From positions 1,240,001 through 1,304,000 of the forward strand of contig MU004199.1 in NCBI GenBank assembly GCA_010093605.1: a stretch of DNA of 64,000 nucleotides. The letters are read 5' to 3'. This stretch comes from Lophium mytilinum. Its lineage: Eukaryota. The notes under the pieces were generated by a model, which was given only the letters and a program-made list of their open reading frames with translations, had not been told where the DNA came from and did not search any database. Position numbers and translations under genes: made by a program. Positions 53,000 through 64,000 of this stretch are shown here, piece after piece. How positions within the stretch are numbered: the stretch's first letter is position 1; the number at the start of each line of letters is the position of its first letter.

Positions 53000-54990
53000 C
53001 TAATACTATTACTAAAAGGTCTTATATCTATCTATTTAAGTTAGAAACTCCTTTAAAAGAGCCTAAAAGAAAGTTAATTAAGAACTATTCTATTAAATAA
53101 AATTAGCCTATTAAAAAGGCTAGAAGGTTCTTTAGTATATAGAAAAAGCTAGAAATTCTTACCTAGTAGTACTACTACTATATAGAAGTATAGCCTAGTA
53201 AGTAGAGCTATATTAAGCTAGGCTTACTTCTATAGTAGCTAGAAGCTAACTACTATTCTTCTATAGGTAATAAGGTAGCTACTTTTTAAAAGGTTTCTCT
53301 TAGTACTATAGGCTTCTAGAAGAAATAAATAGAGGCCCTTTCTAATACTCTATATAATAGCTATATAGTAGCTAGATCTATCTAGCTTAGTAAATAGAAT
53401 AATCTAGAATAATAACTATATACTAGATTTATTAAAAAAAGAAAAAGAAAGCTATAAGTTTAAGTATATTAGTTTTAATAGTATTCTAAGGCTATATTTA
53501 AGAAGCTATATCTAGCCCTTATAGTAGCTAATTAGTATATCTAGATCTTCTCTTAGGGGTAGTTTTAAGGGTTTCTATTATACTCTAGAATCTCTTTTAG
53601 AGTAGTAACTAAGAAGGTATTAAAACCCCCCTAATTACTATAAATAGAAGTACTTTCTTAGTTGCTTTTTAACTAGAAAATTACTTAACTAATTTATATA
53701 CTAGCTACCTTCTAGAGCACTATAATAGACTAGCTACTAGCCTAAATTAATACCGCTAATTACTAGATATATAGGTAATAGTTTTATCCTTTAAGAATTA
53801 TAAATATAGATAAAACTTCTATTTCTTTTAAGTAGGTTAATTACTATACTTATAACTTTATAGGCTCTATTAAGGTTACCTCTAAAGTAATTAAGTTAGG
53901 TAATAATAAGTACTAAGCTACCCTAATCCTCTATATATATATAGATAGAGTAGCTAGATATAACTCTATACTTATATTTAAGGGGTTATTAAAAGAGGGT
54001 AGAACTATACTAAAAAATAAGTAAGATTTATATATAAAAGGGGTGGAAGTATATATTAATAAGACCGCCTATAATAATAAGGCGCTATTTTATAATTAGA
54101 TAAAGAGAGTATATATTCTAGCTAATTAGAATACTAATAAGTAGCTGCTAGAGTCTCTTCTTTTACTTAATACTATAGTATTCTATAAGACTAAGGCTAT
54201 TAAGAATCTCTTTATAGAAAATTAGGTATTTATATTAATAATTTCTGGAGGCTATATAGGCTATCTATAGCCCCTTAATATAGCTATTAATAAGCCCTTT
54301 AAGAAGTAGATTATAAAGAAAGTTAATAATAGAATTAATAAGAAAATTAAGGTAGAAGAGAATACTAAGAATAATATTCTATATAATAAGAGAATTCTTA
54401 CTACTATAGTAGTTATAGAGGCATAGAAGAAGCTTATAGCTAGACCTAAGCTTATAATTAAGGCCTTTAAGAATATAGACCTCTTACTACTAGCTAATAG
54501 TAGTAAAGACTATAAAATTTATATTAAAACATTTATCTATAGAGAATTTAACCTTTCTAGATAGAGAAATATACTAGAGGTACCTCTATATATTAAATAG
54601 AAGCTTAATACTAATAATAATAAGCTTAAATTTATAGATAGAGATAATATACTATATAATTAGAGCTAATATAAGAGCGCTATAAAGACTACTCTATTAA
54701 GACTATATAAAAAGAGAAATCTACCTAGTATAGCTATTAGAAAGTAATAGCTTATTAAGAGGCTTCTAGCCTATAATATAAAAAGAGTAGAAGAATTAGA
54801 TTTAGGCGGCTATTTAAATACTCTAAATAACTCTATTAATTTAACTATTACGTCTTATAATAGCTTTCTATCTTCTAGTATTATAGCTAGTAGCTTAAGT
54901 AATAACTCTATTATCTTAGAATCTAGATATAATACTTTTTAGAGGAGTTATAGTAGTTTAGAATTATAGAGTAGATATACTAAGTAAATA
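53000..54990 (+). pseudogene. RIP-destroyed pogo transposase (CENP-B-type HTH + DDE_1), approximate ends
   Basis: De-RIP reading gives RR.FS..KKLEIL, FS.GWF.GF..R and GGCTGYLQPLD.AINKPFKK (~54245-54305). Confidence 0.8.
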
Positions 54991-55224
54991 GAGGACGCCT
55001 AAAAGAGGCTAGAGTTATAAGAGGGAGAAGGGCTAATTTTTTATTCTTTTTACTATAAATATAGTACTAATCTTAATCTATATACTATAGATTTCCTACC
55101 TAGAGTTATAGCTAATTAATTATAATATATTCTATCTTATTCTATCTAAAAGGGCGTTCTAATCTATCTAATATTAGCTATTCTATATCCTCTAGTAGTA
55201 GCTACTAAGAGTATATTATAAGGA

Positions 55225-55970
55225 AATAGAAAGTCTATAGAAGAGCCGCGCAGCCTTACTATAAATCTACTTAAGAGTAATAACTTAATTAAATATTTAT
55301 TAACTCTTATATACTTTTTATAGGTTAATAGCGTATATATAGGTAAATAGCGCGCTTAATTATAGCTAGACTATATTAGTAGATTTAAGAGATTTATAGT
55401 TTAAAGGTATATATATATTAAATATTTTATAAGTAAATTTATCTAGTTCTAGTATAGCTTAATAGTTAGTATAGTACTTCCGCAGATTAAATTCTTAATA
55501 TAATAAGCTTAAGGAGCTTTTATTGCAAGAATTTAATCTATAGAAGTATAGGGAGTAGAAGGTTAGTAGTACTCTTTTTATAGTTTAATTTCTAGCTAGA
55601 CCGCTTTCTTTTTACTTAAATATTTATTAATTCTTACACGCTTTTTATAGGTTAATAGCGTATATGCGGGCTAATAGCACGCTTAATTATAGCTAGATTA
55701 TATTAGTAGATTTAAGAGATTCGCGTACTAAAGAAAGTATAATAGCTAGAGGTGTAGACTATTTTTATACTCTAGGCCTATATATCTTATTTAAACTATA
55801 AATCTCTTAAATCTACTAATATAATCTAGCTATAATTAAGCGCGCTATTAGCCCGCATACACGCCGTTAACCTATTAAAAGCGCATAACTATTCTATAAT
55901 AATTAACTAAGTTATTACTCTTAAGTAGATTTATAGTAAGGCTATATAGCCCTTCTATAGACTTTCTATT
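55225..55970. repeat. Foldback/MITE-like structure: ~180-bp inverted arms plus an internal direct copy
   Basis: 55225-55405 is the reverse complement of 55790-55970. A third partial direct copy lies at ~55612-55722. Confidence 0.75.
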
Positions 55971-58001
55971 TTATGCGGTCTATTATAAAAAAATTTACAA
56001 CTTATTTAAATTTCTATTAATTTTATTTAAACTAGAAGTAAATTAATTAAGTTTATCTAATCTATTTACTATTTAAAGTAGAACTCTATATAACTATTAT
56101 AGAGGTAGAAATCTATACCTAGAAACTTAGTAAAATATATACTACTATTATACTAAACTTTATCTTCTACTTAATACTAAGGTAACTATCTAGATACTTA
56201 TAGCCTCTACCTAGGCGTATTATATATTTAATAACACGCCTACTAGCTTATAGGCGTATATTAATAGGCACGCAATTCTCTTTCTTTACCTAACCTTAGT
56301 ATTATCTCTTAGTATTTTAGAAAGAGATTCTAGAACCTCTAGATATATTATATATCTAATCTATAGGTTAATAATAGATAAGAATATACTTCTTATTTAT
56401 TTTAAAGTATAGAGAATTAATAAAGTTATATATAGTATCTATAAAATAAGAATTAGTAAAGTAATATATAAGAAAGGGGGAAAATTATATATAAATTACC
56501 TTAAAGTCCCCTATAGATACGCTTATTTTTATAGAAGTAGTTATAATAATAAGGTATATATAATTACTAGCTATTATAGGCTATTTTAATATACTATAGC
56601 ACTAAGCTAATATTAAAATTAAAGATAGAAGCTAATAGGCGCTTAATTAGATATAGCTAGCGCTACTAAGTCTAGTATTTATATAATCTTAGTTAATATA
56701 GTATAATAAAGAGTAGAAAAATATTACTATTAGCTAAAATATATTTACTAACTATATAGAATTTATAGCTAGTTATTATTCTAGACTTAATATAACTATA
56801 TATAACTTCTATAATAACTTTCTATTACTTTTCTATATCTAGCTAAATACCTATCTTATTATAATTATATAGATCTATATCTTAAATACTATAGTCTATT
56901 ATCTAGTACTCTAGTATTATAAACTAAGTACTAAAAGCCTTTTAATTCTTAGCTACCTCTTAAGTAAGCTTCTTAGAGTTATTAGTATATATAATATAGT
57001 CTAGGTACTACTAGAGAAATTAATATATCTAATACTTACTATAAATACACGCCTAGTATTAAATAAGGGGTTAGTAATATACTAAGAAAAAATATAGTTA
57101 TATTTATTCTAGATTATTTAATAGGTAATATATATCTAAATAGTAAGTAATTAATTAAGCTAGGTAATAAGGCTATTCTCTTTAGATAGTATTAGTAGCT
57201 TATTAGTAGCTAGCCTATCTATCTATAATACTGCGCTATATATATATAATTTAACGCGTCTAATTAGAGTATTATATTCTATATAGATAGTAAGAATTAA
57301 TAGATAAATACCGCCTAAGATAGCACGCAATATATCCTGCACATATTTTTTAATATTCTAGGCACTTCTCTCTATTATTATAGTTAATATTAGGGGTATT
57401 ATAATAGGGGGGGTGGCACAGCTAGTAAGCTAGAAAGCTAGTAAGCTAGCGGCCCCCCTACTGCGCAGGGGGGCTAGAAAGGCCCGAGTAGAGCCCGCTA
57501 TTAGCCCTATTTATCTAATACTAAGTACTAGACCGGAATTTATTCTAATTATAGTTATTATAAAATATATATATATTACTAAAAGCTTTCTTATTTCTTC
57601 TTATAAGGATGTTAGATACTTATAATATTACTATAGATAGTAGTTTAACTAAACTAGAAGATACCTATAAAGGTTATATAGACTTATAACTTAAGCTTCT
57701 AACTTCTTATTCTAGTAGTTTTACTATAATATTATAAATAATCTTAGACGCAGCTAATAGAGAATATAATAGTTATTATATTCTTAGACCGGTAATTATA
57801 AAGTTAGAATATAAAACCCTAATACTAATAATAGACGTATATCTAAATACTAGAGTTAGAAGAGAATTTAAACTAGCACTCTATATTATTATTAGTAGAA
57901 GACATTAGACTATAATCTTACTTTATTCCCTACTAGGTATATTACGGTAGTTTCTTCTTACTATTAGGCACGCACAATAATAAAGGCAGAAAGGAAGTAG
58001 G

Positions 58002-61000
58002 TGTAAGGATTATAATAGTATAAGTATTATATCCTTATACATAATAGGCTTAAAAGCCTTTAAACGGGACGAAACTATAAGCATTTAAACGTAATATAAT
58101 AAACGTTAGATAACGTTATAAGAATATTAGAGAAACGTTTTATAATGCATTAAATGCTATATATATATAACTCTATTACTATTAATATAGAATAGAACTT
58201 AAGTAATATAATTTCTATCTATCTATCTATCTATCTATCTATTTTTATATTAACTCTATACCTTTAATAGGTTATAAGCATAGATTGTACTACGCAATCT
58301 ACAGCTATATAAAGCACTAACAGGCAGGTTCCATCTTAAAATTAACTAGATATTAATTAAAATTACCCAAATCAATAAAATATTAACTAGAATTATTTAA
58401 ATCAACTAAATATTAGACAAAAACAACGCCGTTTACTATCTTAATTACTATCTCCAGCGTATAAACCTACTATACCACCCTATAAGTAGTTTTAAGCACA
58501 AAACAAAGCCAAAAACAAAGCCAAAATTAAAGGAGATAAAGTTATTAACTATAAACCCGCTATATAACAGCTAGAACGCAAGCTAGAATTATAAATCTAT
58601 TACAAATAAAATTAGACTAAAGAAATATTACCTATTTATTATATCTATTAATATAAAGCTTCTATAAGCTTATATTACATTATAAATTACGTAATTAACC
58701 TTCTAACGTCTATTATCTATTACGTATTAAATCTAGATACTCCAGATTAGATTATAACCTTTTATCCTATTATTTTATCTAATATAAGATAGAGAAATTG
58801 ATTAAAATTTAAAATATTTCTCTTTCTATCTATCTATCTATTTATTAAATATATAGATACATAGAATTTATCTATCTATCCATTTACTAAATACATAGAT
58901 AGATAGAAATCTATCTATTTAATAAATCTATAGATATATAGAAATCCATCTATTTATCTATCTATCTATTTGCCTAACGGGCTATCTATCTATCTATTTA
59001 ATCTAAAATGGATAAAATTAGTATTACTAAGCTAGTTAGTTAATCTAACTATAAAGTTTAGGCTCTAAGAGTACAATCTCTCTTAGTAGAAAAAAGTTGT
59101 AGTAATGCTATTAGCAGTACTACGCCTATTCCTATTAATAAGGAAAATAATGTAAAAGTATTAGCCACTATTAGGCTTACTATAGAGGACGGTCCTCTAT
59201 TATAATTATAGTATTCTACTACTGTAATAGAAGCTTAGAAGCTACTAAAAAAGCTATATAGCCCTAAGGGCTTTAGTTCTAAATTCCTTATTTATAAGGA
59301 ACTATTTAATACTATTTTATCTAAGTTTTTAACTATAGAAGACTACTTAAATAAGATAAAATAGTTAATAGATTAATTAAAAGCAAAAAAGCTTAAATTA
59401 CTAAATTAAGTTGTTGTAGCTTAGGTTCTAAATAACCTAATGGACCCCTATAATAGCTTTATAACTATAGTTACATAATCCTATAGGGAAAATTTATCTA
59501 ATATTAAACTAGATAATTTATTCTCTAATTTAATAGATAAAGCAAGATAATAGAAGTCTAAAGAGTATAAAACGGCTCTATTTAATAGAACTAAAAGGTT
59601 CTTACTAAAAAAGAATAGAGTAGAAAAAATAAGATATTATAAGAAGTGTAAAATAGCTATGCACCTTATAAAGGATTATTTCTATCTATTTCTAGAAAGA
59701 GCTCTAAAATGGTTTAGAATAAAGGAGTACTTTAAACTACTAAAAGATAATAAGAATAAGGAAGAATCCTTACTTACAGAAGAATCTAACCCTAATAACT
59801 AGGCAGATTTCAATATAGATCTAGATGCAGCTAAAGTAAAGGTATTTCTAGCATCCTATTATACCCCTAATAATAAAGCTAATTATATATTAGACTCCAG
59901 GAGCACAAGCCATATAATAGTAGATAGAAATCTATTTACTAGTTATAAGGAGCAAGCTATTATATTTAATTAGGGAGAAAATAAAACTATAACTATAGAA
60001 GGTGTAGGAAATGTATAATTAAAACTAAATAGGAATATATTTCTACTAGAAAAGTGCCTTTTTATACCTAACTTTAGATATAATCTAATATCTATAAGTA
60101 AACTAGATTCTATAGGAATAAACGTTATGTTTAAGAATAAAATAGCTATTATATATAAAAAGAATAATATACTAGTAATAGCATTACTTAAAAACTCTTT
60201 ATACTATATAAATATAGAGAATACAACGCTTTTTATAAAATAAATAGATAAAAAGATAAATTATATATATAAATAGATAGATAAAAGCGATTTAATAAAT
60301 ATATATATAGATAGAAATAATCTATCTATTTAGTACTAAAAAATAGGCTATATAAGCTCTAGAAAGCTTAGTATACTATTAGGTATAAATATAAAAGAAC
60401 CTATATAATATAAAACCTATATAAAAGCTAAAATAACAAAAAATAAGAGAAATAAGGAAATAATACTAAAAACGGTAATTTCTTTATAAAAAGTCTCTTT
60501 AGATTTAGCAGGGCCTATAAATCTACCTAGTTTAGGGGGTAATAAATACGTTATCTTCTTTATAGATGCAGCTTTAAGATATATAGAATATAAACTATTA
60601 AAGTCTAAAGATAAAGCTTATAACGCCTTTTTAGAATATAAAGCTAAGGCTAAAAATATAAATATAGGAGATAAAAGAAAAATATAAATCTTTAAAACTA
60701 ATAATAGGGGAGAATATATAAATAAGAAGTTTAAAATAACTCTTTTAAAAACAGGTATAACCTATTAATTCTTAAGCCCCTATACGCCGGAATAAAACGG
60801 CTTAATAGAATAAATTAACTTAACTATATTAAATATAGTAAGGGCTCTATTATATATAGCTAATTTACCTTTTAATCTATAGAGAGAAGCTGTAAATGCG
60901 GCTGTATATATATATAATAGAATACCGCACTCTAGCTTAAAAGATAAAACGCTATTTAAGCTATATTATAAAAGAAAAGCTAAAATAGATAATATAAAAA

Positions 61001-62050
61001 TCTTTAGCTCTATAGCTTATTATAAGGTTAAAATACAAATAACTAAATTAGAACTAAGAGCTAAAAAGGCTATAGTATTAGGCTATAGTTTAAATATATA
61101 TAGACTATTAGATTTAGAAAGTAAAAAGATCTTTTAGGCAAGAGATGTATCTATAATAGAAGGCTTCCTTAATAAAAGAAATAAAAATAATGTTAATAAA
61201 AAGAAAAATCCTTTAGAATATGTTATTAATATAGAGCTACTAAAAGATAATACTATAAGTAGTAATACTAAAAGATAATACTATAAGTAGTAATACTATA
61301 AGTAATACTATAAGTAATAATACTATAAGTAGTAATAATTTAATAATAGATAAAAGCTCTAAAGATAAATTAGCTATAAAACTATCTAGAAATCTATCTA
61401 TTTAAAGATATATATAAAATCTAAATTTAATAAATAGATATATAGATAAAAATTAAGTATAATTATTAAATATATATATAGATAGAAACTAAACTTAATT
61501 ATCTATAAATATATATATAGATAATCTATCTAAAGATAAATTAGCCTTTATTATTAGTAATAACAGCAAGCTAAATATATATAAATAAGCTATAGAATCT
61601 CCTTATAATAATAAGTAGAAAGAAGCTATATAAATAGAAATAGACTAGCTTAATAAGTAAAATACCTAGAAGTTAGTAGACTTACTAGTAAATAGAAATA
61701 TATTAAAAGAATACTGGGTTTATAAAATTAAAACTAATATAGATAATAATATATCTAAATATAAGATAAGATAGGTAGTAAAAGGTTTTAGCTAAGTCTA
61801 TAGTATAGATTATAAAGAAACCTTTACTAATACCTGCCGCCTAGAAGTATATAGGCTATTACCTATAATAGCTACCTATTATAACTAGAAAATAATATAA
61901 TAGAACTTTAAAAATGCATTTATATATATAGAATTAGATAAAGAACTTTATATAGAATAACTATATAGTTTTAATAAAAATAATAGTAATAAAGTCTATA
62001 AACTAAATAAAGCCTTATATAGTTTAAAATAATTACCTAGATAGTAGTAT
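58002..62050 (+). mobile_element. Ty1/Copia retrotransposon, 5' part: LTR 58002-58269, PBS, gag, protease, integrase, start of RT; broken at ~62055
   Basis: The LTR is followed by GGTTATAAGC (RIP form of the GGTTATGAGC Copia PBS). De-RIP reading gives YILDS.STSH (protease), DLAGP...GGNKY, TDNGGEY and PYTPEQNG (integrase), and WV.KGF.Q.YGIDY.ETF and KALYGLKQ.PR.WY (RT). Confidence 0.92.
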
Positions 62051-62054
62051 ATTA

Positions 62055-63440
62055 TTATTATTATTAAATTCTATTATACTAGTATAGCTTCTATTAGAGT
62101 CTATATAGCTATTCTATCTAGGCTAATTTATAAGAGAAAACTATTTACTACTAGATAGTATTTAAGTAAAAATCTTATTCTCTATTATATCTAGTATTAG
62201 GCGCCCTTCTTCTTTATATTTTACTATAGGGGATATATAGTAGGTCTATAAAAACTACTATAAAATAAGCTATTAAAATATATCTTTCTATATCTATCTA
62301 GAAAGGTTTATTATTATCCTTCTAAATTTAGGCTAAGTAGAATCTAGATAGAAGGCTAGTATAAAATTAGCGTAAGGGCCTATATATAAGTAGTACGCGC
62401 GCGGGGCCTTTATCTAAGGTAATAATAGTAAAGTAAGTAGTAGCTATATAGGCTATTTAAATAGAAAGGCTATATAGTATATAGATAGTATATAGTAGAG
62501 GTATATAGTAAGTATATAGTTTATAGATAGTCTATTATTTTATAGATAGGCTATAAGAGTAGAAGGGCTATAAGTAGCTATAAAGTATAGAGTTTATAGC
62601 TATAGTAGTAGATATAAGCCCCTATAGTATAGCTAATAGCTATAGAAGGGCTAAAAGTATAGAGTATATAGTTTATAGTCTATAAGTAGAAAGTATATAG
62701 CTACTTATAGTAAGTCTAAGCCTTTATAGTATAACTAACTAATAGTAGAAAAAAGCCGCGTATATATACTATTATAAAGTAGGTAGACTATTTAAAAATA
62801 GAAGAGCTATAAGAAATAAAAAGTATATACTATAGAGTATATAGTAGAAATCTAAAGCTAACTATCTATTAGTTCTAGTATACTATAGAGAGTATATAGC
62901 TATATATAGTAAGTATAAGCCTCTATAGTATAGCTAAGAGCTATAGCTTAGCTAAGAGCTATACTGCGGCTATAGTTAGTAATAGTAGGGTTATTAGTAA
63001 TAGTAAGACTATTAGTAATAGTAAGGCTATTAGTAATAGTAAGGCTATTAGTAATAGTAAGGCTATTAGTTATAGTAAGGCTATTAGTTATAGTAAGGCT
63101 ATATATAATAGTAGGGCTATAGTATTAAGTAGAAGGGCTAGATCTACTCCCTTTCTATTTCTCTTACTATTAAGAGGTAGAGTAGTAGGTCTATTTCTAA
63201 AATATATTTATATTATAGAGCTATAAGAGTTATATATAAAATAGAGTTAGGCGTAGCTCTTCTACTAGAACTCTCTACTATAGGTATAGCTTACTAAATA
63301 TATACCTCTATTCTATATATATCTAATTTACTTTATAAGCCTATCTTATAGCTAGCCTCTACCTCTTAATAGACTAATATATATATCTATTCTTTTAGGC
63401 TATATAAATAGTATTATTAGTAAGGGTTTAATTCTTTCTC
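62055..63440 (-). pseudogene. RIP-destroyed relic homologous to the cargo region (~48450-49660) of the outer TIR element
   Basis: Shared collinear blocks, e.g. ATTAAATTCTATTA..CTAGTATAGCTTCTATTAGA.TCTATATAGCTATTCTATCTAGGCTA (~48463 vs ~62063) and AATATATATATCTATTCTTTTA.GCTATATAAATAGTATTA (~49608 vs ~63376). Confidence 0.7.
62989..63102. repeat. 18-bp tandem repeat GGCTATTAGTAATAGTAA, ~6 copies
   Basis: Directly visible. Unit length is a multiple of 3, compatible with a former coding repeat. Confidence 0.85.
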
Positions 63441-64000
63441 CGCTATAGATTTACTAAGAGTTAGAGCCTAGTAAAGGGGTAAGGTTCTTAGAGCTATCTA
63501 TTATTACTATTATATACTACGCCCTACAGCTCTTTTAGTTCTAGTAGCTATTTTGCGTTACCTATATTATTCTTATAATAATAGGCTAACTATATCTTAT
63601 AGATAGAGGTATTAGCCTAATAGTATACCTAGTAGCTAGCTATTATTCTAATAGTAACCTAATACTATACGGCTACTATGCCTTCTATCTACTAACTAAA
63701 CTTATTATCCTCCCTTAGCTACTACCTGCATCTTTATCTATTCTAGCACTATGTTAATACATTCTTCCCCTACTTCTAAGTCTATTTCTAGCTCTCTAAG
63801 TTCTAGATTAATATCGCCGCAGCTAAGTTAATATTAATATAATAAGGATTAACATTATCTAATATAGTTAATAGTGCTAGAATTCTCCCTATCCTTGCTA
63901 TAAGTATAATCTTAGAATAGAATAAGTATAGTAGTATCCTATTCTATTACTAGGCCTTCTACTTCTACTAGTAAATGCAGGCGCCGGCTTATAGTCTAGG

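Larger units (their letters stand above)
52592..56701 (+). mobile_element. Second pogo-type TIR transposon nested in the outer transposase
   Basis: ~43-bp TIR CTATATTAACTAAGATTATATAAATACTAG.CTTAG.AGC at 52592 and, inverted, ending at 56701. TA is duplicated (52590-91, 56702-03), and removing the element restores the host frame. Confidence 0.82.
51400..57360 (-). pseudogene. RIP-destroyed DDE_1 transposase of the outer element, split by the nested element at 52592-56701 (ends approximate)
   Basis: De-RIP reading gives DLYNYDETG...ECISADG..FPPFII|LK.K... across the insertion, then YR.LFLDGH...PPH.THL.QPLDVGVFQPYK. Confidence 0.8.
47485..57488 (-). mobile_element. Fot1/pogo-type (Tc1-mariner superfamily) TIR transposon, ~10 kb with nested insertions
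   Basis: ~68-bp TIRs CTCGGGCCTTTCTAGCCCCCCTGCGCAG... at 47485-47552 and, inverted, at 57421-57488, each flanked by TA. Its own DDE transposase relic is on the minus strand. Confidence 0.88.
45659..64000. repeat. AT-rich block of RIP-degraded nested transposons
   Basis: Sharp composition shift, extreme TpA excess and CpA/TpG loss, no long ORFs. TE protein motifs can be read once TAA/TAG are treated as mutated CAA/CAG/TGG. Confidence 0.97.

Noticed and set aside
45870..62050. Left Copia 3' remnant and right Copia 5' part as halves of one inverted element
   Set aside because: The flanks do not give a matching TSD (GTAGG before 58002 is not mirrored at ~45865), so they are treated as separate insertions.
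62989..63102. CRISPR-like or telomeric array
   Set aside because: Simple head-to-tail 18-bp repeat with no spacers and not TTAGGG; eukaryotic context.
1..64000. Starship element or full secondary-metabolite cluster
   Set aside because: No DUF3435 captain and no PKS/NRPS/terpene synthase recognised in this window.

Overview
Genomic DNA of a filamentous ascomycete (Pezizomycotina, probably Dothideomycetes; inferred from short GT-AG introns with CTRAC branch points, the gene families present and heavy RIP). Positions 1 to ~45.6 kb are GC-balanced euchromatin. The first ~12 kb is gene-poor, with degenerate ORF relics and a candidate structured Pol III ncRNA at ~9.6-9.85 kb. Genes that follow: a 94-aa dsRBD-like protein missed by the ORF track, a conserved hypothetical protein, a divergent cytochrome P450 / FAD-monooxygenase pair, CUE1, RPL6, an M3 thimet oligopeptidase with a possible CUG-initiated N-terminal extension, a Zn2Cys6 transcription factor, a DUF3669 kinase-like protein, an RNase III-domain pseudogene with an in-frame ~65-bp micro-inversion, and mitochondrial DHODH. 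From ~45.66 kb to the end is an AT-rich, RIP-destroyed transposon nest that can still be resolved. It holds three copies of one Copia family, a ~10-kb Fot1/pogo-type TIR element with an extra intron-containing cargo gene, a second pogo element nested in its transposase, a 1.6-kb TRIM-like LTR element and a foldback repeat. All calls were made by eye; no database searches were run.
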